DNA of 64,000 nt. It comes from Myxococcota bacterium. Lineage in GTDB: Bacteria; Myxococcota_A; UBA796; CAJQPC01. The stretch is from positions 32,001 through 96,000 of the forward strand of contig DASCPX010000016.1 of assembly GCA_036012755.1 (NCBI GenBank). The letters run 5' to 3'. The notes beneath the pieces were generated by a model that was not told the DNA's origin, searched no databases, and saw only the letters and a list, made by a program, of their open reading frames with translations. Below, one piece after another: positions 30,980 to 41,616 of the stretch; position 1 is the stretch's first letter; each line of letters starts with the position of its first letter. Made by a program: the position numbers and the translations under genes.

Positions 30980-31239
30980 CAGTCGGGGCGACGGTTCAGG
31001 GCGGTCCAGTAGCGACCGAGCTGGCCCACGACGTCCTGGACCGCCTGGAAGCCGTCCAGGCGAGGGAGGCGCAGATCCAGCAGCACGACGGCAGGGAGCT
31101 CGGCGTCCTGCAGCTGCTCGAGGGCCTCGACCCCGTCGCGAGCGGAGCGCAGCTCGGCGCCTATCTCCGCCCGGCGCAGGGCCAGACGCATCAGGTCGAG
31201 GTCGTCGATGCTGTCTTCGACGATGAGGATGTGGCTCAT
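30979..31239 (-). pseudogene. Single-domain response regulator (Rcp1-like) with an internal deletion
   Basis: ILIVED and LLDLRLPRLDG present, ending LGRYW; the LTSS and KP segments are missing; only 86 aa. Confidence 0.8.
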
Positions 31240-32165
31240 TCGGGTCTCGCTTCCAGCGACAGCGTGAAGGCGGCGCCCTTGTTGGGCTGCCCCCTGGCGG
31301 AGATGCGCCCGCCGTGGCGCTTGACGATACGATCGACGATGGCGAGCCCGATGCGGGTGACCCGCCGCTGTCGACAGAACTTCCAGGAGTTTCCCAGCAG
31401 GTTGGTGAGCAGCGCCCGCGTGAGGGTCGGGTCGGCGAGGATCTCGCGGGAGAGCACGACGACGTCGACGGGCTGCCGCTCCAGGCTCTGGCGGGTCAGG
31501 CGGGAGAGCTGGAGCAGCGCGTCGATGAGCTCGCTCATGCGAACTGCCCCGGACTGGATGCGGCCCAGCAGGTAGCGAGCCTCGCCCTCGAAGGAGTCGC
31601 CGTAGGTCTCGACGAGGTACTGGGAGAAGCCGGTCATCGCCCGCAGCGGTGCCCGCAGGTCATGGGAGACGGAGTAGGAGAAGGACTCCAGCTCCTGGTT
31701 GGCGGCCCGAACGTCGGCCGTGGCTTCGACGATGCGCAGCTCGAGGTCTCGATTGAGGAGCTGCAGCGCCGCCTGGGCCCGCCGCTGCGCCGTGCGGCTG
31801 CGCACGACCGAAGCGACCACGTCCTCTGACAACGGCACCGCCTGGATCTGGTAGACGTGCTCGGGGAATCGGCTGTCCCCGAGGCTCATCTCCGGGAGAC
31901 CTATGGCGGTCTGGCTCTGGAGCGCGCCGACATAGGCATCCAGGATCGCGGTTCCGGCTACGTCCGGGAAGACGTCGACGAGGCGCTTCCCGATGATCGC
32001 TTCGATGGCGAGCTCGTTGTAGGGATCCCACTCGTAGTTCGCCCAGATGAAGCGCAGGGAGCGCGGATCGGACCGATCTTCAAGTCGAAGAACCACCACG
32101 CGCTCGTCCATCGCCTCGAGGAGTCGGAGCGTCGCGCTCGACGGAAGCTCACCAACGCAGGGCAC
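31236..32165 (-). pseudogene. PAS-like sensor histidine kinase with two internal deletions in the HATPase domain
   Basis: H-box FSYSVSHDLRAPLR and N-box NLLGNSWKF present; the DNGxG/F/GTG boxes are absent before GLAIV. Confidence 0.82.
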
Positions 32166-32201
32166 CCGGCGACTCTGCCGCGGTTGACATCGGAGGCCGT
32201 C

Positions 32202-33608
32202 GTGGGCGACAACCGCCACATGGCACGGACACTGCGTCTCCTCCAAATCGAGGACAGCGCCGACGATGGCGCCCTCTCCGCACTCCAGTTTCGTCGGGGG
32301 GGCTTCGAGGTCAAGCCTCGCCGCGTCCAGAGCCAGGAGCAGCTGGCCGAGGCGCTGAACGAGGAGTGGGACCTCGTCCTGTTGGACTGCCGCCTCCCGG
32401 GCTTCTCCCCAGAGCGGGCGATGGAGCTGCTCCGCAAGCACGCAGAAGCGACTCCGGTCATCGCGCTCACCGGCGCAGTCGGCGAGGAGCGGGCCGCTCA
32501 CCTCATGCGGCTGGGCTGTCGCGACCTGGTCCTCAAGGAGAAGATGGACCGCCTGGTTCCGGCAGCCGAGCGCGAGTTGACGCGGAAGGAGGAGATCCGG
32601 GTCCTGCGCGAGGCCCACACCGAAGCCGCGGAGCATCTCGCCCGGTCGGTCAGCAACGACCTCGACAAGCTGCTTGCCCAGATCGAGACCAGCGCGGAGC
32701 TCCTGGGTCGTCAGCCCCTTCAGCCGATGGCCAGGGCCGCCCTCGAGGAGATCCGTGACGCCGCCTTCCGCGGACGGGGACTCACGCGCATGCTGCGCCG
32801 CTTTGGCCACGCGGGCGAGCACCAGTCCCTCTGCGCGCTCGATGTCGTCGTCCAGCGCGTCGTGCGCATGCTGGGCTCGGCCTTCGGCAACGCTGGCGTC
32901 ACTCTCCACACGGATCTCCTGGAGGAACACTCCTGGGCCCAGATCACGGAGCAGGAGCTCTTCCGGGCGCTCCAGGCGCTCCTGGTCAACGCCCTCGACA
33001 TCTCCATCAGCGGCGAAGAGGTCCGCGTGGGTGTTCGCGGCCACACCGTGTTCATCCGCCACCCGGGCGAGCCCAAGGCTGGTGGGACCCGAGCCCTGGT
33101 TCGTGGCGAGGGCGGCTCGCTTGCGCAGTCGATCGTCGACGCCCGAGCGCTCGTGAACGCTCGCGGCGGCCACATCACCCTCGGCGCCCACGAGGGCCAC
33201 ACGCTGATCCAGCTCTCCCTGCCAGAGGCCTCGGAGCGACCGAAGGGACCGACCGTGCTCCTGGTCCAGGCGGAGCACGGCCTCCGGCGCGTCGTCGGCC
33301 GCTTCCTCCTCAAAGAGGGCTACACGCTGGTAGAAGCCGGGAACCTCGACGACGCCAAGGCCGTGTCCCCACCGCCCGACATCCTCGTCGCCGACGTCGA
33401 CCTGCGCGGCGAGAGCGGGCTCGAGCTCGCCATCACGCTGTCGGAGACCCTACCGGGCCTTCGCGTCTGCCTCTTCGCCAACCGTCCAGAGGAGCTCCGG
33501 CCCCAGATCGAGGGGCGAGCGTGGGCGCTCTTGGAGAAGCCGATCGCCCCCGAGCGACTCACCGGCGTGCTCCGCGTGCTCTGCGAGGGGGAGCTGCAGG
33601 TCGGGTAG
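32202..33608 (+). CDS. REC-(degenerate HK)-REC hybrid signalling protein
   Basis: N-terminal receiver (IEDS, LLDC, LTG, LK); H-box reads SVSNDLDK; C-terminal receiver (VADV, EKP); start at 32202 or 32220. Confidence 0.78.
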   Translation: MGDNRHMARTLRLLQIEDSADDGALSALQFRRGGFEVKPRRVQSQEQLAEALNEEWDLVLLDCRLPGFSPERAMELLRKHAEATPVIALTGAVGEERAAHLMRLGCRDLVLKEKMDRLVPAAERELTRKEEIRVLREAHTEAAEHLARSVSNDLDKLLAQIETSAELLGRQPLQPMARAALEEIRDAAFRGRGLTRMLRRFGHAGEHQSLCALDVVVQRVVRMLGSAFGNAGVTLHTDLLEEHSWAQITEQELFRALQALLVNALDISISGEEVRVGVRGHTVFIRHPGEPKAGGTRALVRGEGGSLAQSIVDARALVNARGGHITLGAHEGHTLIQLSLPEASERPKGPTVLLVQAEHGLRRVVGRFLLKEGYTLVEAGNLDDAKAVSPPPDILVADVDLRGESGLELAITLSETLPGLRVCLFANRPEELRPQIEGRAWALLEKPIAPERLTGVLRVLCEGELQVG

Positions 33609-33626
33609 CGGTTATCGACGAAGGCC

Positions 33627-34442
33627 ATGAATGATGCCCTCGTCGTCAGCCTGCTCTCGGTCGTGCCGAAGGGCCTCGGCAGCAGGCTCCAAGGCGCCGC
33701 AGGACGCCTCGGCCTCACCCGCCACCTCATCGCCTGGTACGCGGACACCTACGGGGTGGACACGAGCGAGATGGTCGGCACGATCGACGACTACGCCTCG
33801 CTCCAGGACTTCTTCGTCCGGCCGCTGAAGGAGGGCGCGCGGCCGATCTGCCAGGACCCGGAGGCGCTGGTCTCGCCCAGCGACTCGAAGGCGACCTTCT
33901 TCGGCAAGGTGAAGGACGACGGCCGCCTCCCGGAAGCCGCAGGCGTCGACTTCAGCGTCACCGAGCTGGTGGGAGGTGACGAGCGCTACGCCGGAGGGCA
34001 GTTCGCCATCCTGTACCTGTCGCCGAAGGACTACCACCGCGTCCACCACCCCGCCGACGCGACGGTCGTCGGCTGGCGCTACAGTCCGGGTGCCTTCTGG
34101 CCGGTCTTCCCTGCTGCGGTGGAGCGCATAGAGGATCTCTTCGCCAACAACGAGCGCCTCACGATCTTCGTCGAGGGCGACTTCGGCCGCATCGCCGTGG
34201 TGCTCGTCGCTGCCTACGGGGTCGGGCGCATGACCACGACCCACGGCGACATCATCACCAACACCGACGGCGTGGCGCGCAGCGAACAGCGGAGCGACCC
34301 TGTCGTCCGGGGAGACGAGCTCGGTCGCTTCAACCTCGGCAGCACCGTGATCCTCGTCACAGAACCGGGCGCAGTGGAGTGGGAGCTCGAGGCTGGCCAG
34401 GACGTCCGCGTCGGTCAGCGCATCGCCCGGTTCATCGGTTAA
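33627..34442 (+). CDS. psd: Phosphatidylserine decarboxylase
   Basis: FFVRPLK, YLSPKDYHRVHHP, NER and FNLGSTVI motifs. Confidence 0.93.
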   Translation: MNDALVVSLLSVVPKGLGSRLQGAAGRLGLTRHLIAWYADTYGVDTSEMVGTIDDYASLQDFFVRPLKEGARPICQDPEALVSPSDSKATFFGKVKDDGRLPEAAGVDFSVTELVGGDERYAGGQFAILYLSPKDYHRVHHPADATVVGWRYSPGAFWPVFPAAVERIEDLFANNERLTIFVEGDFGRIAVVLVAAYGVGRMTTTHGDIITNTDGVARSEQRSDPVVRGDELGRFNLGSTVILVTEPGAVEWELEAGQDVRVGQRIARFIG

Positions 34443-34462
34443 GCAACGGACCGGAGGCCCCC

Positions 34463-35005
34463 ATGATCGCACTCTTGTTCACCCTCGCCTGCTCTGGCGA
34501 GACGGAAGAGCCGGAGAGCTGCTGCTCCCTCGAGGACGTCGAGGAGATGTGCTCGGCGGGCCTGTCCGACGAGCTGATCCTGAGCACCATCGAGGTGGCA
34601 CCGGACAAGCTCGAGCTCAGCGCCAAGGATGTCATCACGCTGTCGGACGCCGGCTGCTCGGACGCGGTGATCAACACGCTCCGTGGCACCCCGGTCGAGG
34701 AGGTCGAGGAAGAGGACGCTCCGGGCTCGGCATCTGGTGACGACGACAAGCCGCCCTGGGTGAACATGTCCGTGACCGTCGGCTCCAGGTTCATGGACGT
34801 GCGCAACAACACGAACCAGACCCTGACGAACCTGAGGATCACGGTGAACGGCCAGTACACCTACAACCTCACCAAGCTCGGCCCCACGGACACGGACTCG
34901 ACCCCAAAGAGCAAGTACAAGAGCAGCACCGGCGGCAAGTTCGCCGGCTCGATGACCCGGGTCTACATCAGCTGCGACCAGGGCGTGTACAGCAAGAGCT
35001 ACTGA
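34463..35005 (+). CDS. Hypothetical lipoprotein
   Basis: GGAGG before ATG (MIALLFTLAC); repeated AGLSD..I / AGCSD.VI helical motif. Confidence 0.65.
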   Translation: MIALLFTLACSGETEEPESCCSLEDVEEMCSAGLSDELILSTIEVAPDKLELSAKDVITLSDAGCSDAVINTLRGTPVEEVEEEDAPGSASGDDDKPPWVNMSVTVGSRFMDVRNNTNQTLTNLRITVNGQYTYNLTKLGPTDTDSTPKSKYKSSTGGKFAGSMTRVYISCDQGVYSKSY

Positions 35006-35008
35006 ACC

Positions 35009-37339
35009 TCACAGGGCGACGCGCGTGAAGGCGTCGCCGCCCTCGTTCTCCCCCGCGGGCCGCCAGGACTCCGCGTGAGCCGAGCTCGGCAGCCACCGCC
35101 GCACTGCGGTCTTCAGCGCGCCCGTGCCGTGGCCGTGGAGGATCCACCCGACCGGCTCGTTGGCCAGGACCATGCGATCCAGGAAACGCTCGACGGCATC
35201 GAGAGCCTCGTCAGCCCGTAGCCCACGGAGATCGCAGGTGTTTCGCTCAGTCCGAAGATCCCCGGTGGTCGGCTCGCTCGATCGCACCGACGCCTTGTTC
35301 GCGGCCTTCTTCGGAGCGTCCAACAACACGAGATCGTTGAGCTTGACGCGAGTCCGCAGGCCGCCGATGTCCACCTCCGCGCGCCCCTTCTTGGAGGCGG
35401 TGAGCACACGACCGGTCTTGCCGAGGCTGCGGACACGCACCCGATCACCTGGGCTGACAGAGCCAGGAGAGTCAACGATGACAGGGACTTCGGGCTTCTG
35501 TGGAGCGATCCGTTCCTGCACTCGCCGGACCTCGGCGAGGTCTTGTCCGGCTCCCTGCAGCGTCGGGTTTCGCTGGAGCGTGGCGATGATCGCCTTCACC
35601 TCGTCCTCGGCCGCCCTCAAGCGGGACAGGGCGGCCGTGGCCTCCTTCTCCGCCAGCTGGTGGCTCTTGCCCTGGATCTGCTCCCAGCGCGCACGCAGCT
35701 GCTGCTCCCTTTGTCGCACGCTGGCCTCCAGCTCCAGCGCCCGCTCGGTCGCGAGCAGCGTCGTCACCCGGCGGGTCTCCAGCTCCTCCAGGAGACGCCC
35801 GACCTCGCGCTGGTTGTCATCCAGGTGGGCCTCCGCCGCGTCCACCACCGCCGGATCGAGGCCGAGACGGCGAGCGGTGGAGAAGGCGTGGGACAGCCCC
35901 ACCGCGTCCAGGCGCACCCGGTAGCTCGGCCTGTTGTCCTCGAGGTGGACCGCGGCGTTCCGGAAGCGCGGGTCTGCCTCTGCGAAGGCCTTCAGCTCCG
36001 TGTAGTGGGTGGTCACCGCGACCCGGGCTCCTCGATCGACGAGAACCTCCAGCACGGCCCGGGCCAGCGCCGAGCCCTGAGCCGGATCGGTGCCGACGGC
36101 GACCTCGTCCAGCAGCAGGAGCGCCCCGGGCCGGGCGCGGTCGAGGAGCTCGCGCAGGACCAGCACCTGCCCCGAGAAGGTAGACAGATCCCCCTCCACG
36201 CTCTGGAGGTCGCCGATGTCGGCGAGGACGTCCTCGAAGTGGTCGACCCGCGCCTCCGTGGCTGGGAGAGGGACCCCGGCTCTCGTGAGAAGCGCGAACG
36301 ATCCAAGGGTCTTGAGCGCGATCGTCTTGCCGCCGGTGTTGGGGCCGGAGAGCACCAGGCCCCGGGTCGTCTCGTCCAGGGCCAGGTCGTTGGGCACCAC
36401 CTCGACCTCTCGCAGCACGAGCACCGGGTGGCGGGCGCCGACGAGCCGGATGACACCGCCTCGGCCGACCTCTGGCAGCACCCCCTGCCAGTCGGCGCCG
36501 AGCTTCGCGCGGGCCTGGACGAGGTCGAGGCCGACAGCAGCCTCCAGAGAGGCCTCGACGGGCACCTGGTAGCGACCGAGGAGCGCTGAGAGGCCCCTGA
36601 GGATTCGGGCGATGCTGCGCTGGAGCTCTCCCTCGGCGAGCCGGAGCTTGTTGTTGAGCTCCACGACCGCGGCGGGCTCGACGAAGACGGTCTCCCCGGA
36701 GCCGCTGGTGTCGTGCACGATGCCGAGGCCCTTTCGCCGTGCTTCAGCCCGCACCGGGATGACGTAGCGGTCGCCTCGCTGGGTCACGAAGCGGTCCTGG
36801 AGGATGCCCTCCATGTCCTTGGCCTTCAGCAGGTCGGAGAGCGTCGTGCGGATCTGGCCGTGAAAGGACTGGATGCGCCGGCGGAGCTCGCCGAGCTCCG
36901 GGTAGCGCTGGTCGCTGAGCTGACCGCCTTCGTCGAAGGAGGCCACCAGCTCTTCGAGCATCAGGGCGTCGACGTCGATCGGGGCGCAGAGCCCCTGGAG
37001 CACGGGCAGGTCGCGCTCTTGAACCCAGCAGCGCAGGTGCTCCAGCGCTTGCAGGCAGCGACCCGCCCCGTGGAGCTCCTCCGGCTCGAGCACAGCGCCG
37101 GTGGCGGCCCGCTCGACGGCGCCGAGGATGTCGCTGATGGCCCCGATCGGCAAGCTCTCGCCTTGTTCCTCGAGGGCCTGGATCTCCGCGACTCCGGCAT
37201 AGGCCAACCGCACCCCGTCCCGGTCTCGAGCCAGGGGCAGGCCGGCGGCAGCCCCCCGCAACGTGCGGCAGCGCAGGCCCACCGCGGCGACGACCGCGGG
37301 CCAGTCGAGGGTGTCCAGTGTTCGGCGATCGAGGTCCAC
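35009..37339 (-). CDS. mutS2: Endonuclease MutS2
   Basis: VHDTSGSGETVFVEP, SGPNTGGKT, DIGDLQS, LLDE..GTDP, TTHY and C-terminal Smr (DLRG, ILHGHGTG) motifs. Confidence 0.95.
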   Translation of the reverse strand: MDLDRRTLDTLDWPAVVAAVGLRCRTLRGAAAGLPLARDRDGVRLAYAGVAEIQALEEQGESLPIGAISDILGAVERAATGAVLEPEELHGAGRCLQALEHLRCWVQERDLPVLQGLCAPIDVDALMLEELVASFDEGGQLSDQRYPELGELRRRIQSFHGQIRTTLSDLLKAKDMEGILQDRFVTQRGDRYVIPVRAEARRKGLGIVHDTSGSGETVFVEPAAVVELNNKLRLAEGELQRSIARILRGLSALLGRYQVPVEASLEAAVGLDLVQARAKLGADWQGVLPEVGRGGVIRLVGARHPVLVLREVEVVPNDLALDETTRGLVLSGPNTGGKTIALKTLGSFALLTRAGVPLPATEARVDHFEDVLADIGDLQSVEGDLSTFSGQVLVLRELLDRARPGALLLLDEVAVGTDPAQGSALARAVLEVLVDRGARVAVTTHYTELKAFAEADPRFRNAAVHLEDNRPSYRVRLDAVGLSHAFSTARRLGLDPAVVDAAEAHLDDNQREVGRLLEELETRRVTTLLATERALELEASVRQREQQLRARWEQIQGKSHQLAEKEATAALSRLRAAEDEVKAIIATLQRNPTLQGAGQDLAEVRRVQERIAPQKPEVPVIVDSPGSVSPGDRVRVRSLGKTGRVLTASKKGRAEVDIGGLRTRVKLNDLVLLDAPKKAANKASVRSSEPTTGDLRTERNTCDLRGLRADEALDAVERFLDRMVLANEPVGWILHGHGTGALKTAVRRWLPSSAHAESWRPAGENEGGDAFTRVAL

Positions 37340-37385
37340 GGGGTCCCTCTATCAACACAGCACCGCGGGTCGGAAACCCCCGCGC

Positions 37386-38951
37386 TCAGTCCTCGATCTC
37401 GATGCCGGCGTTGAGCTCGAAGCCAGTGATGGTCTTGAGGGTCTCGGTCTCGGGGTCATAGAAGCTGATGCGACCGAGGGCGTGCTCCTGGCTGGCGAAG
37501 GCGTAGTTGGTGTCGGGCAGGGTGCCTACGAAGACCGGGTCGGACTTCAGCGCGACCTCGTCGATGAGCAGGCTCCGGTAGTCGAGCACCTCGAGGTAGG
37601 CCTCGCCCTCCATGATGAAGTAGCCCTTCTCGCCATCGTCGCTGTGAGCGAAGGCGATGGGCTCCTCGGGCAAGGAGTAGTCGTTGGCCCGGAAGCTCGA
37701 GAGCTCCACCATCGTCAGCCCATGGAGATCCTCGTAGGCGGGGTCCATGTCGTCGGCGTTGGCATCGTCGTGCAGGATCAGGGCCGTCTGGCCCGTGGGA
37801 TCGACGCCCACCGCAGCGACCGGCTTCGGCAGGGGATGCACGGAGAACTCGTCGGTCTGTTGGTCCCAGGAGGTGAAGCGGCTGACCCCGGTGGCCGTGC
37901 TGAAGAGCAGCGCGGGGCCGCCCTCGCCCGAGAACGCGATCGAGCCGAGGACCTCGCCATCGGGCATGGTCACGATCTCCGGCTGCGCGGTGGGATCGGC
38001 GAGGTCATAGAGCCAGAGCTCACCGGCCCCTCGGGCCACCGCCACGGCGAAGGCGCCGTCCGGCGTCAGGTCCAGGTCCGTAGGACCGGCGCCGACCACC
38101 AGCTCGCTGGCCCCGAAGTCGACGAGGTCGACGAGCACCAGCTTGGCGGCGTCCCGCTGGCGGAGCAGTGCGTAGCGGCCGTCGGAGTCCACCACGATCT
38201 CCTCGGTCTGGGGCGGGTCGATCTCGTCACCGATGGAGACGAGCTCGATGTCCAGCGGGTCTGCGCTCAGATCGACGATGCCGACCCAGGCATCCCCGAG
38301 CACCACGGCGGTCTGGGCGTCGCTGGTGAAGGCCACGTCGCGAGGCTGGAAGCCCAGGGCCATCGGCGTGTGCGCGCCGCTGGCGACGTGCACGAAGGAG
38401 GCCTCCTTGACCGAGTAGGCGCCGGAGCTGGAGCCCTCGTCCTCGACCCCCATGGCGTTGTAGCAGACCGCCCAGGCGCCATCCGGTGACAGCTCGAAGG
38501 TGTCCAGGTTCGGCCGCAGCTCGACCCGGGTCTCCAGGAGCGTGGCGCTCGGCAGGATCGACAGGTCGTCGGAGCCCCCGTTGTAGGTCAGCGCGTAGAG
38601 GTAGTCCGGGGTGGTCAAGACCTGCTCCGGCCCCTCGCCCACCGGCGCGGTGAGCACGTCCAACGCCGGCACGCCGATGCGCGTGACCGTGTCGCGGTCC
38701 GGGTTGGCCACGAAGACGAAGCTCGGGGCGGGGGCCGGGGCCATGGCGAAGAAGGTGTCCTCCTCCTCGCTCGGGAGGTGGTCCGTGTCGGAGTCCGAGT
38801 CGGTGTCGGCGTCGGAGTCGGCGTCGGAGTCGGCGTCGACGTCGTAGGCGGCCCCGTCCTCGGATTCGGCGCCGGTGTCGCTGGTGTGGAGCTCGCTCTT
38901 CGTGCAGGCCACGAGCGCACACAGCCCCAAGGCGATCGAGACCACCCGCAT
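37386..38951 (-). CDS. YncE/YVTN-like beta-propeller lipoprotein
   Basis: MRVVSIALGLCALVAC signal; VFVANP..DTV, VGEGP and VGAGPTDL blades; ends GFELNAGI. Confidence 0.75.
   Translation of the reverse strand: MRVVSIALGLCALVACTKSELHTSDTGAESEDGAAYDVDADSDADSDADTDSDSDTDHLPSEEEDTFFAMAPAPAPSFVFVANPDRDTVTRIGVPALDVLTAPVGEGPEQVLTTPDYLYALTYNGGSDDLSILPSATLLETRVELRPNLDTFELSPDGAWAVCYNAMGVEDEGSSSGAYSVKEASFVHVASGAHTPMALGFQPRDVAFTSDAQTAVVLGDAWVGIVDLSADPLDIELVSIGDEIDPPQTEEIVVDSDGRYALLRQRDAAKLVLVDLVDFGASELVVGAGPTDLDLTPDGAFAVAVARGAGELWLYDLADPTAQPEIVTMPDGEVLGSIAFSGEGGPALLFSTATGVSRFTSWDQQTDEFSVHPLPKPVAAVGVDPTGQTALILHDDANADDMDPAYEDLHGLTMVELSSFRANDYSLPEEPIAFAHSDDGEKGYFIMEGEAYLEVLDYRSLLIDEVALKSDPVFVGTLPDTNYAFASQEHALGRISFYDPETETLKTITGFELNAGIEIED
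38785..38844 (-). repeat. Hexanucleotide tandem repeat encoding the DADSD/DTDSD linker
   Basis: GTCGGA/GTCGGC/GTCGGT units on the + strand; protein DVDADSDADSDADTDSDSDTD. Confidence 0.85.
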
Positions 38952-39060
38952 CTCTCCTCCCATGTGGAACCTGATCGATCAACGTACCGACGATCTGCCC
39001 CTCTCGCTGGGAATCACGCCTCCGCGCCCGGAGGTTTCCCGGTCGGCTACCCTCGTGGCC

Positions 39061-39513
39061 ATGCGCAAGCTCGCAGTCGCCGTCGTGGCGATGATCGCAC
39101 TGGCCGCCGGCCTGATCCTCTTCACCGGGGACGTCGACGACGAAGAGGCCGTCCGGCGAGCCATCGAGCACGTCGCCCAGGGAGCCGAAGCGGGGGATCT
39201 CGGCGACACCCTCGAGACCCTCGCAGAGGACTACGAGGACAGCTCGGGCATGGACAAGGCTACGCTGCGCGCCATGCTGCTCCGCCAGTTCGCCCGAGGC
39301 CGCTCCCTGCACGTCGTCGTCGGCCCGATCGACGTGGAGCTCGGCGAACAGGACAGGGCTCACGCCAGCTTCGAGATCTGGCTCGCCGAGGGGGCCGACG
39401 GCCTCGGCCTGTGGCCCGAACAGAGCGACAGCCTGCACGTCGAGGTCGAGCTCGAGAAGCGAGACGGCGACTGGCTGCTGGTGGCCTCCGATCACGAGGA
39501 GATCTTCCAGTGA
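39061..39513 (+). CDS. SnoaL/NTF2-like protein with an N-terminal anchor
   Basis: Starts MRKLAVAVVAM; DEEAVR..I......E.GD.....LAEDY.D..G.DK and LEKRDGDW.L patterns. Confidence 0.7.
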   Translation: MRKLAVAVVAMIALAAGLILFTGDVDDEEAVRRAIEHVAQGAEAGDLGDTLETLAEDYEDSSGMDKATLRAMLLRQFARGRSLHVVVGPIDVELGEQDRAHASFEIWLAEGADGLGLWPEQSDSLHVEVELEKRDGDWLLVASDHEEIFQ

Positions 39514-40888
39514 GCGTGCACTGCTGATCCTGGCCTGCACCCTGGCGTGGGCGGGCGAGGGCCTCGACGCGGTGAGCGCCGGGGATCTCGCCCGCTACGC
39601 GGGGGACCGACCGACCGCGAGGATGTACTACCGAGAGGCCATCGACAGCGGCGAGCCGGAGGCGGTGGCCATGGCCCACCTCCGCATGCTGCGCTTCTCG
39701 GGCAACCTCGGGCTGATGGTGCACGGGCCCAGGGCAGAGGTGCCGCTGTTCGAGGCTCCGGCGACTGCCTGGCTGACCCTGGCCTGGGCCGACTACCACC
39801 TGCTGGCGCCCCCCCAGGTCGGGGCGAGGCCCAGCGAGGCCATTCGCTTCGCCGAGGTCGCGCGCGGGGCCCTCCCCGGCCCCAGCATGGCCCGGCTGTA
39901 CCTGGCGACCGGCGACCGGCGCTGGCTGGAGGAGATGGAGGGTCGCGATGACCTCGACGGCCTCGGCCAGGCCCTGCTCGAGCACGACGGCGCCCCGGCT
40001 CCGGATCCAGGCACCTGGTTCCTCAGCCTGGGAGTCGCCGGGGCTCCGGGCGCCGGCTTCGGTGGCGGCGTCACGTGGATCCACCCGGACCTCCTGTTGC
40101 GCGGCTACCGCGTGTCCTTCGGGATCGCGGCCACCACGAAGGGCACCTACGGCACCGTCCTCTCCTTCCAGACCCCCGGCGAGGTCTACGGGACCACCAC
40201 GCTGGCGGCCTCGAACACGGTCCGGGACCTCTACGACGACGAGGGCGCCCGGAGCGTCTTCGGCCACGAGCACTTCTCCGCCTCCCAGGGGCTGGGTCTG
40301 CCTGTCGCAAGCCTGCGGCTGTCGGTGGGCCTGAAGGGACGCCTGGACCGGACCTCGCTGGATGAGGCCTGGCTGCGCGGGGTGGGACCCTGGAGCTCGC
40401 TGTCGATGAACCGGAGCACCGGCTGGGGAGGCGACCGGCGAGGCTACCGGCTGTCGGCCTCGGTCGACACCATGCAGTACGAGTACGAGCACCTCGCCTA
40501 CCGGCTGGATGCCCGCGGCTACCTCGGCGCCCTGCGCGGGGTCACGGCTGGTCGCCTGAGCTGGGCGCACGCGCCCGACCAGGAGACCCCCTTCTTCCTC
40601 CTGCCCACCGCCGGGGGGGCGGAGCTGCATCGCGGCGCCTGGGACAGCCGCTACCGGGCGAGGGCCATCGGGACGCTCGACGTGGAGCAGCGCTGGATGA
40701 TCATCGGCCCTCTCGAAGGGGTCGTCTTTGCTGACGCCGCCTGGGTGATCGACGACGGCTGGCATCCCGGCGCGGGGCTCGGGATCCGCCTCATCCTGCC
40801 GCCAGAGGAGCACAACGTGGTCCGCTTCGACGTGGCTGTTTCGGACTCGGCCTGGGGGATCTATACTGGCTGGGGCGAGACCTTCTGA
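39510..40888 (+). CDS. Omp85/BamA-TamA family outer membrane protein, with a probable indel near the start
   Basis: LHRG....RYR, VFADA, GAGLGIR, VRFDVA and terminal GETF. The signal LLILACTLAWA is in frame upstream of 39572, but GTG 39510 is in a different frame. Confidence 0.75.
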
Positions 40889-40895
40889 GCGTCGA

Positions 40896-41603
40896 ATGTG
40901 GGTTCTACTACTCGAGTGCTTCCGAGGCGGAGGCGACATCGACAGCGCAGCGCCGCTCGACACGGGCGACACCGCGAACGAGAGCGGCTCCTACTGCGGC
41001 AGCTTCTGGAGGATCGACCAGCTCGGCACCCGCTGGGAGTACGACTTCGTGCCGGACGAGTGGATGGAGGGCTGGAACAAGCTCGAGGTCGTCCGCGAGG
41101 ACACCTACAACGGCGCGGTCGCCTGGGTGGTCTACAACGAGGGCAAGCGGGACACGGGCAGCGCCCGCCACCGCTGGACCAAGGAGCGCTGGTACGTCTG
41201 CGACAAGGAGGGCATCTGGCTCGTCTACGGCACGACCACCTGGACGACCCGGAGGGATGCCGGACGACGAGCCAGCGATCGCGAGGACTACGTCTACACC
41301 GACAACCTGGCCGAGCCAGCCTTCCTCTTCCCAGCGGCGGTCCACCTGGGCGACACCTGGGAGAGCACCGGCACCATCCACCACGTCGACGTCGACACCG
41401 GCGCCGAGATCAGCACGACCTCGCTCGAGGGCGTGCACGAGGTCGTCAGCGAGGCGAACAAGGTCGTACCCAACGGCACCTACGAGACCCTCGTCTTGGA
41501 GTCCAGGCTCCCCGGCTCGGCGGACGTGAGGACCTCGTGGCTGGTCCCGGGTGTCGGCCTCGTCGCTGACGACACCTGGCTACTGTCCTTCTTCTGGGAG
41601 TGA
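40896..41603 (+). CDS. Hypothetical beta-rich lipoprotein
   Basis: Starts MWVLLLEC; GTRWEY, GDTW, VPNGTYET and WLVPGVGLV motifs. Confidence 0.7.
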   Translation: MWVLLLECFRGGGDIDSAAPLDTGDTANESGSYCGSFWRIDQLGTRWEYDFVPDEWMEGWNKLEVVREDTYNGAVAWVVYNEGKRDTGSARHRWTKERWYVCDKEGIWLVYGTTTWTTRRDAGRRASDREDYVYTDNLAEPAFLFPAAVHLGDTWESTGTIHHVDVDTGAEISTTSLEGVHEVVSEANKVVPNGTYETLVLESRLPGSADVRTSWLVPGVGLVADDTWLLSFFWE

Positions 41604-41616
41604 TACGACCGCTGTC

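Noticed and set aside
38785..38844. Tandem repeats as a possible CRISPR array
   Set aside because: 6-bp coding units for an Asp/Ser linker, with no spacers and no cas genes
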